DNA from: Chrysomallon squamiferum
Taxonomy: Eukaryota > Animalia > Mollusca
NCBI GenBank assembly: GCA_012295275.1
Contig: CM022675.1
Span: 12,152,001 to 12,216,000, forward strand
DNA: 64,000 nucleotides
Direction: 5' to 3'
Below the pieces are notes generated by a model. The model made no database searches and was not told where the DNA came from. It was given only the letters and a program-made list of their open reading frames with translations. Each line of letters opens with the position of its first letter. Position 1 is the stretch's first letter. A program made the position numbers and the translations under genes. Of the stretch, positions 42,328 through 56,400 are shown one piece after another.

Positions 42328-45300
42328 TTTTTAAATACTGACTATATCATTAGAGAAGTTTCCTTAACAAACTTTCTAAAAATTAATTTTTGAGTGTATG
42401 CTCTATGCTGGAATGCTTGTGCACATATTGTTAAGGATGTTGAGTTTCCGCTTATGGAACTTTTAATGTGTTTTCCATTAACTGAAGTAAAATGATCTTT
42501 CTACGTTTAGAAATAATTTCGTAATTCTTCTGTACGGCATTTTGACTGGTTCTATTAAACACTCTCGCTTGATATACAGACGTAGATTAATATATTTGTT
42601 TAATATAATGGTACGAAAACGACATTATTCATTTTAAAAACTCAACACCTCAATACAGTTTATAGCAATAACCTTTTATTTTGTTTCAGTATACCTAATA
42701 TTTAATAATCGGAATGACATTTTGTAAACAAAGAAACGCTTTTGATTTCAGTTAGCATAAATTCAGTGAAAAGATGAAGTGTGATTCATTCATTTATATA
42801 AAGTGCGCGCACGTACTTTGTATCTGTGTACGAAAACAAAATGGCGGCCAAACGATGTTCGGAAACATGTACAGTGTCAGCTCATATGAAGAACATAAAT
42901 TACAAATTTTTTGGAAAATATTTACAGTCTTTATTCACTTCCATCACAGTAGCCACAATAAACAAAACCGTCATGACCGAGCATTGCCGTAGAGAGCATC
43001 ACTGCTTTCTCCTAAAATGAAATTGCAAATATACTGAGTTCATTGATGGATGTAAGTAAAACTTATTTTGCACGTCATAAAACACAAAATATATATAATG
43101 TATATATATGTTTTTAAAAATATTGCGTTTGATAGCCAATAGAGCTCCAATCTGTGCCAGCCGCACCATTTTTTGTACTTCAAAAGTACCACTAAGACGC
43201 AGTGTTTATAAAACATTTCTATGAATGGAATGATGTTGAATGTCTGAATTGTCAAAATTATGTACTAAATGGTTTGAACTCGCACGTTTGGCAGGCAGAT
43301 AGAAAAAATTTAATTTCCATTTTTTATTTCCAATTCACGACACTGCGCAAAATCGGTACACAATAATTGTGTATATTTATGTAATTAAGTACACGCATGC
43401 GTGCATCTATGTGTCTGTATTTTTGAATGATGTCCCAATTATACTGTAGGAAGACTGAATAACTTCATAACATTTATGCCTATGTATAAGCTTATGTACT
43501 TTACTAAGGAATTTATGAGCCTCCTAATCAACTAATTAATATACAGAGTATGTCCAGTATTCTGTTTTCAGTTGAATTCTCAACCAGAAGCAAATAAAAC
43601 AAACTTACACTGCAGATCTGAATTTAGCTGTCTGCACTTTCGATAAATACATTTTAGTATCAGTATAAAAAGTGAATGCCATCGACTCCTGTACAATATA
43701 TCTGTACAAAAACAACCAGACAATTTTACAATTTGTAATGAGTGAAAGAAATGTTTAGACGTTCGCTAGAAGAAATGCTTAAGATCCACAGGGATCTAGA
43801 GCCTAGAACTGCCTGCACACTGTGGGTTTAAGCCTGTTAATAATTACACTATTTTACTTCCTATTTCAAGTTCCATAATGACATGACAGAAAAGATAATT
43901 ACACTCAATAAATAATCATTAAAGCTAAGATAAGCATAAAGCAAATATTCGTATCTTTGACTATCAATAAAAATAACCGTTTATTTACTTGTTTACTTGT
44001 TTATTTATTTATTTGTTACTGATAAAGATCAAATTCAGGAAGTCATTGACAGAATTGTCATTTTACGTTTGTAATTTTGAAATGAAATCACGAAAGAAAG
44101 AAATCTGAGGTCTCTATGAATCTTGATTATTGTCATACTCTATCATTAAAAAAAGAAGTTTATTGCTTAGTTAGAAATATAATAGTTACGTGGAAGAGCA
44201 CAAATATACCTAAATTGCTTGTCAGTGCCAGTTTAAGATAAAGTAGTGTTTCTTCCGTTACAACAACGACAAAGAACGATGGAATTTGTATTTAATCCTC
44301 ATATCCCATACATCGTCGGGTTATACTGATAAAAAATCGATTGACACTTTTTGTCTTGCATTTTATCACACTGTCAAGTGAAACATTATAGTATCAGAAA
44401 TCACAGTATGATATTGATTTGTGCGAAAACTCACTGAATATTCTCTTCACAAGAATTTTAAGTATGTATAACTATTTTCAAAACATTGTCGATTGTCTGA
44501 ATTTAAATAAAGTATGCTAGAGGTCGGGTAAATTTCAGTTGTGGTAGGAATTTGAAATTGGATACTTGTCAAGACGAAATAATATGAACAGTAATATTAA
44601 AATCACTTTTTTTATATTAATTAATAGTCAGTAACACTAATTCTATAATCCGGTGCAGTCTTATTTAAAGACCTAATACCGTTTTTATTATAATATATCA
44701 TGGATAAAATAGATTTTTATTATGGTGAAAATGTAGCTGTCTAAAGTTTCAGTAAATACATTTTCAGTTTATAACGAAAACGTAAAACAGGTTAAAGTCG
44801 TACAGATGGTCGGCCATATTATAAAATAAATTATAATTTTTAGAAATTAGTTCGATTTTTATTTATATATATATATTTTTTTTTTACTTTTATTATTTTA
44901 TTTAATTTTATATTTAGTTTTTTCTTTATCATGCTGTCAATCTATCTCTCTGTCTCTTTTGTCAAAGGTCAAATGATAAATCATTTTCATTAGGCTAATT
45001 AATTCCATGTTGAGGTAATACTTCATGATTACGTTTAATATTTTGAAAATAACTGATATGTCAGATTAGTGTCTAATACATTAATTTTATAAGAAAACGT
45101 TATTAAAGTTAGCTGGTATTTTACTGTGTAAAAATTTAAAAACGAGATTAGTTCTAAAAGATATCAATAATCAGTACTCATCATTCGTGTACCTGAATTA
45201 TTCCCCCACATTAGTGAATATAAATGAATGTGGACGAGTCCACTTTATTATACATGTCTTCTTTTATACTGAATATTTGTTCCCATGAAAGCCGAACGTG

Positions 45301-45564
45301 GAGAAACTATGGGTACCAAGATATTACTGTTATATTGGGGCCTTGCTGAGGTATCATCGAATATCGAGTTGGGGTAAATATGATAATAAAAATAAAATAA
45401 AAAATAAATTAATTCGGCTGTTCATAATTCTTTGTTACAAAGATAGGATTTCTTTCCAAATATGTCTTTCTTTTTTCTTTTCATATCAATATTACTTATG
45501 TTGGGATAACGTGTGTGTGTGTGGGAAGGGGAACAGTAAATTATTAGTTCTAGTTATCTTTGGA

Positions 45565-45597
<33 letters not shown>

Positions 45598-46316
45598 CCT
45601 CTAATTTGTCTGTGTAATAGTCTGTAATTGCGTATGTATAAATGTTATGTAGTATTTTGTAGTTGTATTTTGATGTTGGGAAGAGGAACAAGTCTCGAAA
45701 ATTTATAAAAGACGTAGACTTAATTAGTCCGAGAGAAAAATAAATAATACAGAAATGTATTTTCCGCTGAAACTAATAAAAAATAAATAATTTGGAAAAA
45801 CTCAACCAACGACAATAATTTTTTAAATATACGAAATAAATGAAATAAGCAAAAAGTAAGTAAGTAAGTAAGTAAGTAAGTATTTTACATTACCCAAAAC
45901 GGGCCTCTACTAATATATACTTGTTGATCTGCGTGCCTTTTCATTTCAGTGAAAAATCACTAGGCAATACACAATCCCAATTCATTAAACCTTACGAGCT
46001 GTGACAGTGGATTATAGGCCTTTATTAATATGAAGAACCGCATTTTTTTCTTTTTCATAATCTTGCATATTATTATTTATGTTATAAATAACTAAATGAA
46101 TGTTGTATACGGTAATTGTGGTTAACGATGGTGTGTCTTCCAATACAATTTGAAGTTTATTTGGGGAAACGATATTATTGTGACACATGTGCTAAGAATA
46201 TGAATATGTTTTCTGTGGATTTTTACGTTATAGCGAACGTTATGAAATAAATAAATAAATATATTAATTAATTAATAATGATGATGAAGATAACAATTAC
46301 TGTTATAACTAATAGT

Positions 46317-46413
<97 letters not shown>

Positions 46414-49400
46414 AGTGTTATAAATTACTCCTTTTCTAACAGTAATATTCTTCAAAGAATCCTTAGAAACAACAGGAATGAAGTTTTATTTCTTGTACTG
46501 ATTCCACGTTAGACAACGTTGGCCGTGGAGTTTTATCTTTTACTCGTATTAAGATATATCATGTGGCTTAAACGGTGATAAAATGTTCAATTAAGATTGT
46601 AATAAATGCAGTTATAAACTTAACGTAAATCTACGATAATAATCCTGTCGAGTTGTTTCTAGGATACGAAACAGCACGGTAACACTTTCCACGATGCGAG
46701 CTAGAGAAATTAAATAATAAGTAAAATACCACACACAACTTATATTTTGTCATACAACAGCTTCTCTCTTACTTAAATGCCATAAATTTAAAAAAAACAA
46801 AAACAACAAGAACAGCAACAAAGAAAACGTATGTTTATCTTTTGTTAACAGAAGTAGTTTTAATGTCAAAATGTCATTGAGGATGATGACTCTTAAAAGT
46901 TAGACAACGCTTTCAAGTATGTTGTCTATTGTAGTGCGAATTCATTGTCATATAAAGTTACTTGAGCTGTTTTGACAAAAGTGTTTTCGCAAATATAAAT
47001 ATACATATTTCTCGGTTTCGAGTAGCATAGGAAATATAAGGGACGTTCCTGTACCTAATTAATTTTCAATTTTATGTTTTAGTTGTGTGTATGTGTGTGT
47101 TTTTTATGTGTTTGAAGGCTACAGTTCAAGCATGCCGATCCATCCATATCGTAAATGGATCCCCAACAGTGATATAGATAGATTTAAATGCACGTAATTT
47201 GTTATCTGATAGTACGTGATCGTGTACTGTCTTGAGAAAGAGTAGAATGACTAGTTAAAACTCTCTTTCTCTGTCTGTCTCTTTTTTAAAGCAAAGCAGA
47301 TACTACGTGTGTGTGTGTGTGCGTGCGTGCTTGTCTTCGTATATTTGTGCATGATATCTATGAACTACAAATTCAATAAAACAAACAAAATAAATAAATT
47401 ATATTTACGTTTCTTAGCGGAGATTGTTATATAATCACACTTTATTATTATAAAAGATTGGGTGAATAATAAAACACAGTTGTGGAATGATGCTAACTGA
47501 ATGACCATAAATAACCTTACTATGTTATTATTATATTTGCTATTCGTTCGACTAAGAACATACAACTAGAAGATCATCCGTTTTGACAGAGTAATGAATA
47601 ACGTCAAGACATAAGTTGCATATATATATATATGTTTCTATGTGTGTGTATGTGTGGTTGTATTTGTATACATAAATACATATTTACTTATACATAACCA
47701 CATACATAGATACATATTTACTTATAGATAACCACATACATATAAACATTTATACATACTTACATTTATTTACAAACATTAATATAAAGATACATAGATA
47801 GACAGATAGATATACGCGTACATATGTCTAATCATATACATACATCAAACATACCTATTTACATACGTACATACATACATAGATATATACATACGTTCAT
47901 ATATACATACATACATACATACATGACGATGACGATGATGATGACAACGATATTTTAAAAGTTATCCTAGAGTGAAAAAGAATCAGAAAACAACGTTTTA
48001 CCGACCATGTTTATTCATATAGTTCTGCAATGCATTCCAAAAAAAAGTATATAATACCGTTGTTTTTGTTTGTAAGGGTGATCTGATGGTGGTGGTTTTG
48101 TTATAACTGCTTTTGTTGTTGATACTGTTGCTATTGGGGAAGCTGCTTTATTCATTTATTTTATTTTGGTTTCTTTAAAAACAAAATTACTGCATTAATT
48201 CATCCTATAAACAGTTGAACTAGGACCAAAAGAGGATTCTAGAATATAACTTTCATGAAAGAACGTTAAAAAAATAAAAATAAATAAATAAATAAAAATG
48301 ATGGAGAGTGCAGTGTTCATCCACTTGGATTTGCATATACACTATCAGTTTATTTATTTGGTATTGCGACTAAGAAATAGTGAATATTTTTACTACATTT
48401 GCTGCCTACATAATCGAGTGTCTTCTGTCCTGCTAAAAAATCACTGCAGAAATCAAAGCTAGACATTGTTCAAGACATACAGGTACATACTTGAATGACT
48501 TTATGATGGAAGTATGCTTATAAACGATCCAACACCTTAAGGTATTGTTCACTGGAGTTCAAGGCGGCTTATTTGAAATAATACATTCATTTACAAACTT
48601 TAGGATTATATTCCAGGTGATAACACATTTCATTGTTATTTCAGTAACCAGTCCCCATTGAGAACTTCTGTTATTGCTCCAGTTTCCACATGAACATTTA
48701 TATCTTATATTGTTCAGTATTCTTTGAGTGCACGTAAGGTGATACGAATAAAAAACCTATAATTACATACTGTCTTCTTCGAGTAAATGTTTTATTTTAT
48801 TATACTTTAATCTTTGTTAATAATAAAGTATAATAATGATAAATCACAAATCCGTAATAAGTCTTGTAGGCTGAACTTTAATTCATTTCTTAACGTCACT
48901 AAACAATTTTTTTTTAAATTATTATTGTTTGTAGCAGTAGTAGAAGTGGTGGTAGTACTGGTGCTAGTAGTAGTAGTAGTAGTAGTAGTAGTAATAGTAG
49001 TGGTAGTATCTAGTAGTAATAACAGTAGTTTTAGTATTAGCATAAATATTATTATTATTAATAATAAAACCCGATTAATTAAACGATACGGGAATTACGT
49101 CAACGATTTCTAATTTCTGTTTAGAAGTTATGATATTTAAAACTGAAAATGTTTTATTTATTAATTTTAATATAGAAATAATAAATAATATCATTAATAT
49201 AAGGTAAGAAAAAATCCCACAAACGTTCCTCTAAGCTGAATAGCGCACACAAACGTACACGAAAACATGTTTGTACTGTGAAATTGCAGTGACGCATAAT
49301 GCCTTCTGATTTTTCGATCGAAAGTTCACGGCATCAAGTTAATACATCTTTTCATTAAATAAAAGAAAAAAGAGAGAGAATATTTTGTCATGTATCAAGA

Positions 49401-52400
49401 AGTAGAAACGCCTTTCGACAACTATAACACCTATATCCATATAACATATTCCACCATTTATGTCGAATAACAATAATATGTAGATATTAATCGCATACAA
49501 ATGGGTTCTGTTGTATGATTCTGTTTGAAAGAAGACACCACCGCTTTGAGAACATAAAATCACTTTGCTTTCGGCTTTGTATTCACTTTCAATAGGCAAA
49601 GACATTTAGAAGTGAATAATTTCACGCTGTCTACTCGGCTGACAGTCCCTTTCTTATCAAAAGTATAGTATCTGCCACCCATATTCATAATTTCGGTACC
49701 TTTGTCCCGTTTATCGTCAAGACAACGCGATGTTTTAGATGTTTGCTTGTTTGTGTGCATGTTTCGTCTTGAAACCTGATATTTTCTTAGTAAATGGCGG
49801 ACCGTTTGATATAAACGGCCATGGATGTTAAATAATTAAGAACAAAAAATGGATTTTAGGTGAGTTGTGATAATATAGAACTCTGTTTAGTTAAACAGCT
49901 GAAGTTTTTAGAACCTAAGAAATGTGTTTTTGTTTTGCGTTTTTAAAGGTTGTTTATTTTCAGTATTATCGAGACAATCCTCTCATTTTAAGTTTTCATT
50001 ATTATTTTGACTCCATTTATTCCAACAAAGTTATAAATGTTTGTAACTTTATTGTTTTAAAATGAAATAGATTATAAACCTTTTAAAATATTATTGTAGC
50101 CAACTACTCTTACAATTCAGTGGCTATATTTAATTTTATTTCAAAAATAGAAACCACCAAAATATAGTCGGCCATTTTGAATGGATTTTGCGTTTTGAAT
50201 ATAAAATTTACAGCTGTATTTTTAATTAACTTTTTAAGCTAATATATTATTCAGATTTAATTAATAGTTATTCTAAAATATTTTTTTAACAGATAAGTAC
50301 GAAAAAAAAAAAAAAAATACTAGGTGGATATACATTTTAATAATAATGATGATGATGATAATAATAAATAAAAAGTAAAGAAAATGATCGTTGTTACATC
50401 CCTGAATACAGCTCCAGATATTTTGAAATTTTCAAGAATAGATCTTGGATTTAAGAAAAAGGCTTGTGACACCGTTGCTATATTCAGTATAATTTGATTT
50501 GTGAATAATATTAGTAAAATATCTGTTAGCTAAAATAAGAATAGAGGCATTCTGATTCCTTTTCCCCCGAGGCTGAATCTTTTATTATTCTCGTCACTAA
50601 TCCAGAGTATCATGATAATCTAATGTAGCATTCACACAGTTCTGTTATTTTTATAACGTGAGAATTCCCTTCATTCTTATCACTATTTTAGTTTCACGGG
50701 GGGTTTTTTCGGGGGGGGGGGTGTCGTTTTTTTGTTGTTTTTTTTTTTTTTGTTGTTTTTTCCTGATCATATTGGTTCCAGTTTTAAGGAATATTAAAAT
50801 GTATACCAAAAAATTAATAGCTTGTCTTGTTACGGATTTTATAAAAAAAAAATTAAAAATTGAAAGATAAAGCGAATATCTCATTTAACTGCAGCTTATT
50901 TAATCATTATTCTGATAAGCAATGCGAGATTTTAATTTTCTTTCTCCTGCAAAGAAATAATAATTTAAAATAAATAAAATAATAAAAAGATGAAAAACGA
51001 TTCCTCGGAAGGGAGATAACTCATACCAAAAACGTTTCAATTATAAGGGCAGCTACTCTAGATAAAAAAACTTGAACCCTATGTTAAATTTGTTATATAA
51101 TTATCTCTGTTCTGTGTTGAATGAAGAAAATATTCATTGTGAAACTCTCTGTATAAAATTTGCAGAATGAAAGAAAGGAATCTAATATTAATTTTACAAA
51201 TGCCATAGACTGTAAAAAACAAAAATCGTTTTCTTCATTCTTCCTTTCTATTTGATTTTATTTATTATTTTTACCATTGTCTTTTAGAAACTTGCAAATG
51301 AAAGAGAAAAATTACAAAGACCGGAAACTTCATCCAGTAAGTAAAATTAACTAATTTATTTTAAAGTTCAAACACTCTAAATGATTTTTTTATGCAATAT
51401 AACTAAATAATTTAGTGAATTAAAGTGATTATTAAATAAACAGATAAGAAAACTTTAAACATCACAAATTTGGGTGGAGGTGTTTGACAGTAATAAAAAT
51501 ATGAATAAATAGCTTACAAAATTATAATAACAATAAATTATTATAAATTTGAATGATTACTTTTTGTATTATTATTATTTTTTGTTTATTTATTTATTTA
51601 TTATGATTGTGTACTGATATAAATAAAATCTGTCATTGTAGGTGAGGGTGGAGATGGACACTTAAAGATTCAGCAGGCTATGCTGAGAAGACAAGACTTG
51701 ATAGACAAAATAAGAGTCAGTATTTTATACATTTTACATATCACAAACATAATTAAGCATTTCATATGCATTTTTGTTTATCACAGACACTTAAGAATAT
51801 ATATAATACTTCATATATGTTAAACACATAAATATTTTATGAATAGTGCTGTAGTTCTTACATCAGTCCTCATTGTTACCCTGTCATTACAGTCTGTATT
51901 TCTCAGCTAACTTATCGGGGTTTTGTGTATAGTCTGTTGAATATGGGAAGTTATAATTTATACAGTTATTTCCATCCAATTTCAGTATAGGTTTTCCTAT
52001 GATGTCGTCATTCTATAATCAATATAGTAATAACCGTTAATAATAAAATAAATCAAATTGTGTTATCACAAACATTTGTTTATTTGTTAAATTCCTTTTA
52101 CAGAGAGAACAACTTGATTTACAAAGACCACATACCCATAGTCCTCGTAGACGTTTTACCCCTAGCCCTATACCCCCACCTTCTAGACGATCATTACCAG
52201 ATTTAAATAAAACATATCAGTTCAACTGGTACAACAGCAGACCAGGTAAGTTTTTTTAGTCTTCATTTCTATGAAATATTTACAAACATGCAACTTAATT
52301 TCCAAAAAAGAATGTGGAATATTTTAACTTAATTTCTTTAATAAAAATGTATTAGTTTAGTAATTTAGAAAATTAAATTTATAGTAATTTTAGAAGCAAA

Positions 52401-52712
52401 TAATTATTTAATGATTATTAAGATTGGCAGTATGTAGTAAAGGAAATAAATAGTTAAGATAGCTTAAGATTATTATTCTAAATGCTTTTTGAATTTATTT
52501 TTAAGCTGCATAAACTAATTATATTTCAGAAATTTATTTTACCTGAAGTAATTTTAGAAATAAGAATTTAGTTTATAAAAAGTTAATTATATATGAAGAT
52601 TTATATTACACCTATGAACAACATACAGTAAATAATTTATCAATTATTTTATGAACATTTGAGTAAATACGTCTAACACTGAATAAGTGTCTTACCAATA
52701 AATCAGTCATGG

Positions 52713-52753
<41 letters not shown>

Positions 52754-52952
52754 GTGCAACATGTTCTGTCACAAATGCAGTTAAAGTAAGGAAAAGTGAC
52801 AGCCTCTATACTTTATTTTACTGGCATGTTTCTGACATCTGAAATTTAAAACTAGCAAAGGTTGATTTTGGGTAACAAATAAAGAATCTGTTGGAATATA
52901 CACAGATATTTAGACCACTGTGCATGCTACTATGGGTATAATATTAAGTGTA

Positions 52953-52991
<39 letters not shown>

Positions 52992-53445
52992 ATGAAAAAT
53001 GTATCATTTAGCATTATTTAATTTATAGTTTTAGTTAGTATTAATTGCTTGACTAGAAAACACTCAACATAATTATAATTATAATTATTATAAAAATGCT
53101 GTAAGTCACTAATCTTTAGGTTATTAATGCTACAAAATAATATGCATTAAAGCCTTTGTTAATATGTAAAGGTGTTTAATATCCTATACATTTTGAGGAA
53201 AGAGAGATTAACCAATCAGATTTTCTTATATAATTTTACAAAATTTATCATATTTGTGATAATTTGATTAGAAAATAATTTCACTTACTGAAAATAATTT
53301 CTCAACAAAAACAGCTTTAACCAGCCTTTCACTCTTGAGAAACTAAAAATGAAAACTATAACAAAACAATTTTAACAAAAAATAAAATGAATAAAAAAAT
53401 GTATATGTGTACATATGCGTGTATATATGTATATTTTTGTATGTA

Positions 53446-53481
<36 letters not shown>

Positions 53482-56400
53482 CATACACAGACATACATAC
53501 ATATATATAATCATTATGCAATTAGTTGGTAACATTAGTAGATTAGTAGTAATCTATAATAACATTATTCACATGACTTTACATAAACTCTGCTGCTTTC
53601 TGCATTAAGATGAAGATTTCTCAAATGTGCCATACTTGCCACCTATAGATCCACGTCCAGGAACACATTATCTATCATATGATCCAGGTAAAAATATGTT
53701 CAATATTGGAACCTGATTGATTGTGACAAATATTTCTATCCACTAATAAAATAAGTGATAATTCAGTTTTGATTTGATTTGTGTTTTTTCTTGAATGGAA
53801 TGTTCTTTCATTTTTTTTAAATTTTAAAAACTTCTAATTTTCTTTTAAAGGGTCTCTGTTAAATTAATACATTATACAATAAATATTTTTTTTTTTTTTT
53901 TTTTTTTTTTTGTAAGATTGTAAAATAAGCCAATTACTGAAATTTAGAATATAATAATAATCAGAAAATTTCCCTTCTTTCTTATAGAAATATAATTTTT
54001 CTTGTATTAAGACATAATTACACATTTGAGTGTTATATTGCACATTTCTTTGTTATTAACATTTTATGCTCAATAAACTAACATTAATTTTAATGCACTT
54101 TAATAACTCTTGAGTTAAATATATAATACGTTTTCTTCTATCATCTTTCATAGTTTGAATCATTACAGTGGTTTGAAGAATTTATAGGCATATATATTAA
54201 CAAATAGAATCCTGTTACAATGTGGCCATAAATTCTGATATGTTATCAATTATGAAATGTGCCTAATAACATCCTAAATTCTGATACATTGTGTAAATAT
54301 ACGTTCCTTAACATTATGAATTCATACACAAAATCTGACTCTTCCTTTATTTCTTTTCTAAGTTTAATTTATATTTACATGCCTGTAACTTTACGGTGAA
54401 ATATTTGGCACAGTAATCACATCATGACAGGAGTTATACTCTAACAACTTTTTACATTAGTTTTCACTCTAACATGTGTGAACATTAACATGTTAAATTA
54501 ATACATTCTTAGTTTTGCTTTTTAGCATGTAGAAAAAGAAAATAATGTAAAAACCTTTTTGTTATTCAAGGTGGCCCCCCTCCTGACGGTGCCCATCAAG
54601 GTAAGAACTGCACACTGCCCTTAGTTTGAAATAGTGAAATCTTCACCAGTCAATCATATATACTTTATTTATCAATAAATATTTGTTATGCATTGAAATT
54701 GTTTGTTTTATATAACTTTATATGCACATTTTGCTTCATTTGTAATTACAGTTAAAAAATAATATTTCTGCTTTAAAAGAAGGAAAATATACAAGCTAAT
54801 TGTTAGGCCTGTGTATTAGCAAAATTATTTTTCCTTTTAGACGTTTCTTCTTTTTTTTTTCTTTTTTTTTTTATATAATTAATATATGTATTGCATTTGT
54901 CATGATTTTTTTTCTATGTGAAATTTAATCCTTTTTATCATGATTTGTTTACAGTGATAACTAATTTTTAACTTTGTATGATTAACAATTCTATTTCAGT
55001 TTTTTAATAATTTTCCATTTAAAATTATTTTTTATTTTTTAAATTATTTTTTAAAGAATTATTTGACTAATATTAATATTGTAACTGACTGATGTTTTAT
55101 GATTCTTTAATTTTACAAAGACTACAAATTCTGAGTAAACAGTGGATCCCTATTTTGTTATATTTTACAGTATTTGTTCCTCACTTTTGAAATAGCCTTG
55201 CTTGTATCTTGGATTCAAATACTATCCGTTTATAATGCTGTACCATTTTAGTGAAAATCTTGATCCTTTTATTATCACAGAAATAAAAAAATCATTGATT
55301 TCATGCATCATTTTAAGAAAAAAAATCTACATTAAAAAAACATTAAACATATATTTTATTTAAAAATTCTTTTTTAGCAGACATGGCCAACATAAAACAT
55401 GTGATTGAACATCATGTCCGACAGCAACCAGCAGCCATAGCACAAATACAACCAATAGCTCAGCCAGTCGTACAACCAGTGGTGCAGCCAGTTGTCCACC
55501 AGTACCAGTTACCTCCTGTCCAGCATGTCCAGCATGTCCAGCATGTTCAACACATCCAGCCAGCTCCAACGACACACATTGTACCACAGATAACAACAGT
55601 GCAGGCAGCGCAGCCCATCGTTCAGGCTGTGCCTGCCATAGGCATTGTCAGTGAGAACAAGGATAAAGGTTTTAATAAAGGAGGTAAGGCTATTTTAATA
55701 ATGATAAATTTTAATACTTTTATCTATTAATCAAAATATTGAATAGTGTCATTTTTAAAATATCTTTTGAGTGATACTGTTAAAACTTAAAATATGATTA
55801 AAGTTAAATACTATAAAAAATGAATAACAGAGGTGATGGGTAAATTTTTTATGAAAAAGTTTAATATTTTTATAGTTAATGTTCGATACTGTTAAAATTA
55901 ATGCTGATAAATTTTAATTAAAAAAATCTATTTGAATATTAGTCTCTTGAGTAAATGTATAATTTACCATAAAAGAATTTAGCCCAATGATTGCACTGTT
56001 ACCCGAGGAGATGAAAAAAAATTAATTCTAAATGTTTTCTCTTCATTTTTTGAGAAGATGAAACAGAATGTTTTTGATCATATGTGTTTTTCTCTCTTAA
56101 ACTCATTAATATCTTTACTAAATTTTGTATCACTGTTACTGTAAAGTGTTGTTTTTTTCATTTATCAGTTATGATTTTGATATATCAATAATAGGTTTCT
56201 AGATGGAGTAGGAATTTTCATCCTTTTCAAACTGATTAATCCTGTTACTGCCAGAATTCAACCAGTGAAATGAAAATATGCCACATGTAATCATCTCTTG
56301 TTGCTTTGTCCACTGGTGTAATCATTTGCTATTTATAGATTTCATGGACATGATGATGATAGAGAATGCTCAAATGAATCACTATGTGATGCAGCAGTTG

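Noticed and set aside
43100-49500. Intact transposon or nested gene in the DUF4587 first intron
   Set aside because: No transposase or reverse-transcriptase ORF, terminal repeats or exon chain recognised; decayed fragments cannot be excluded without a repeat library.
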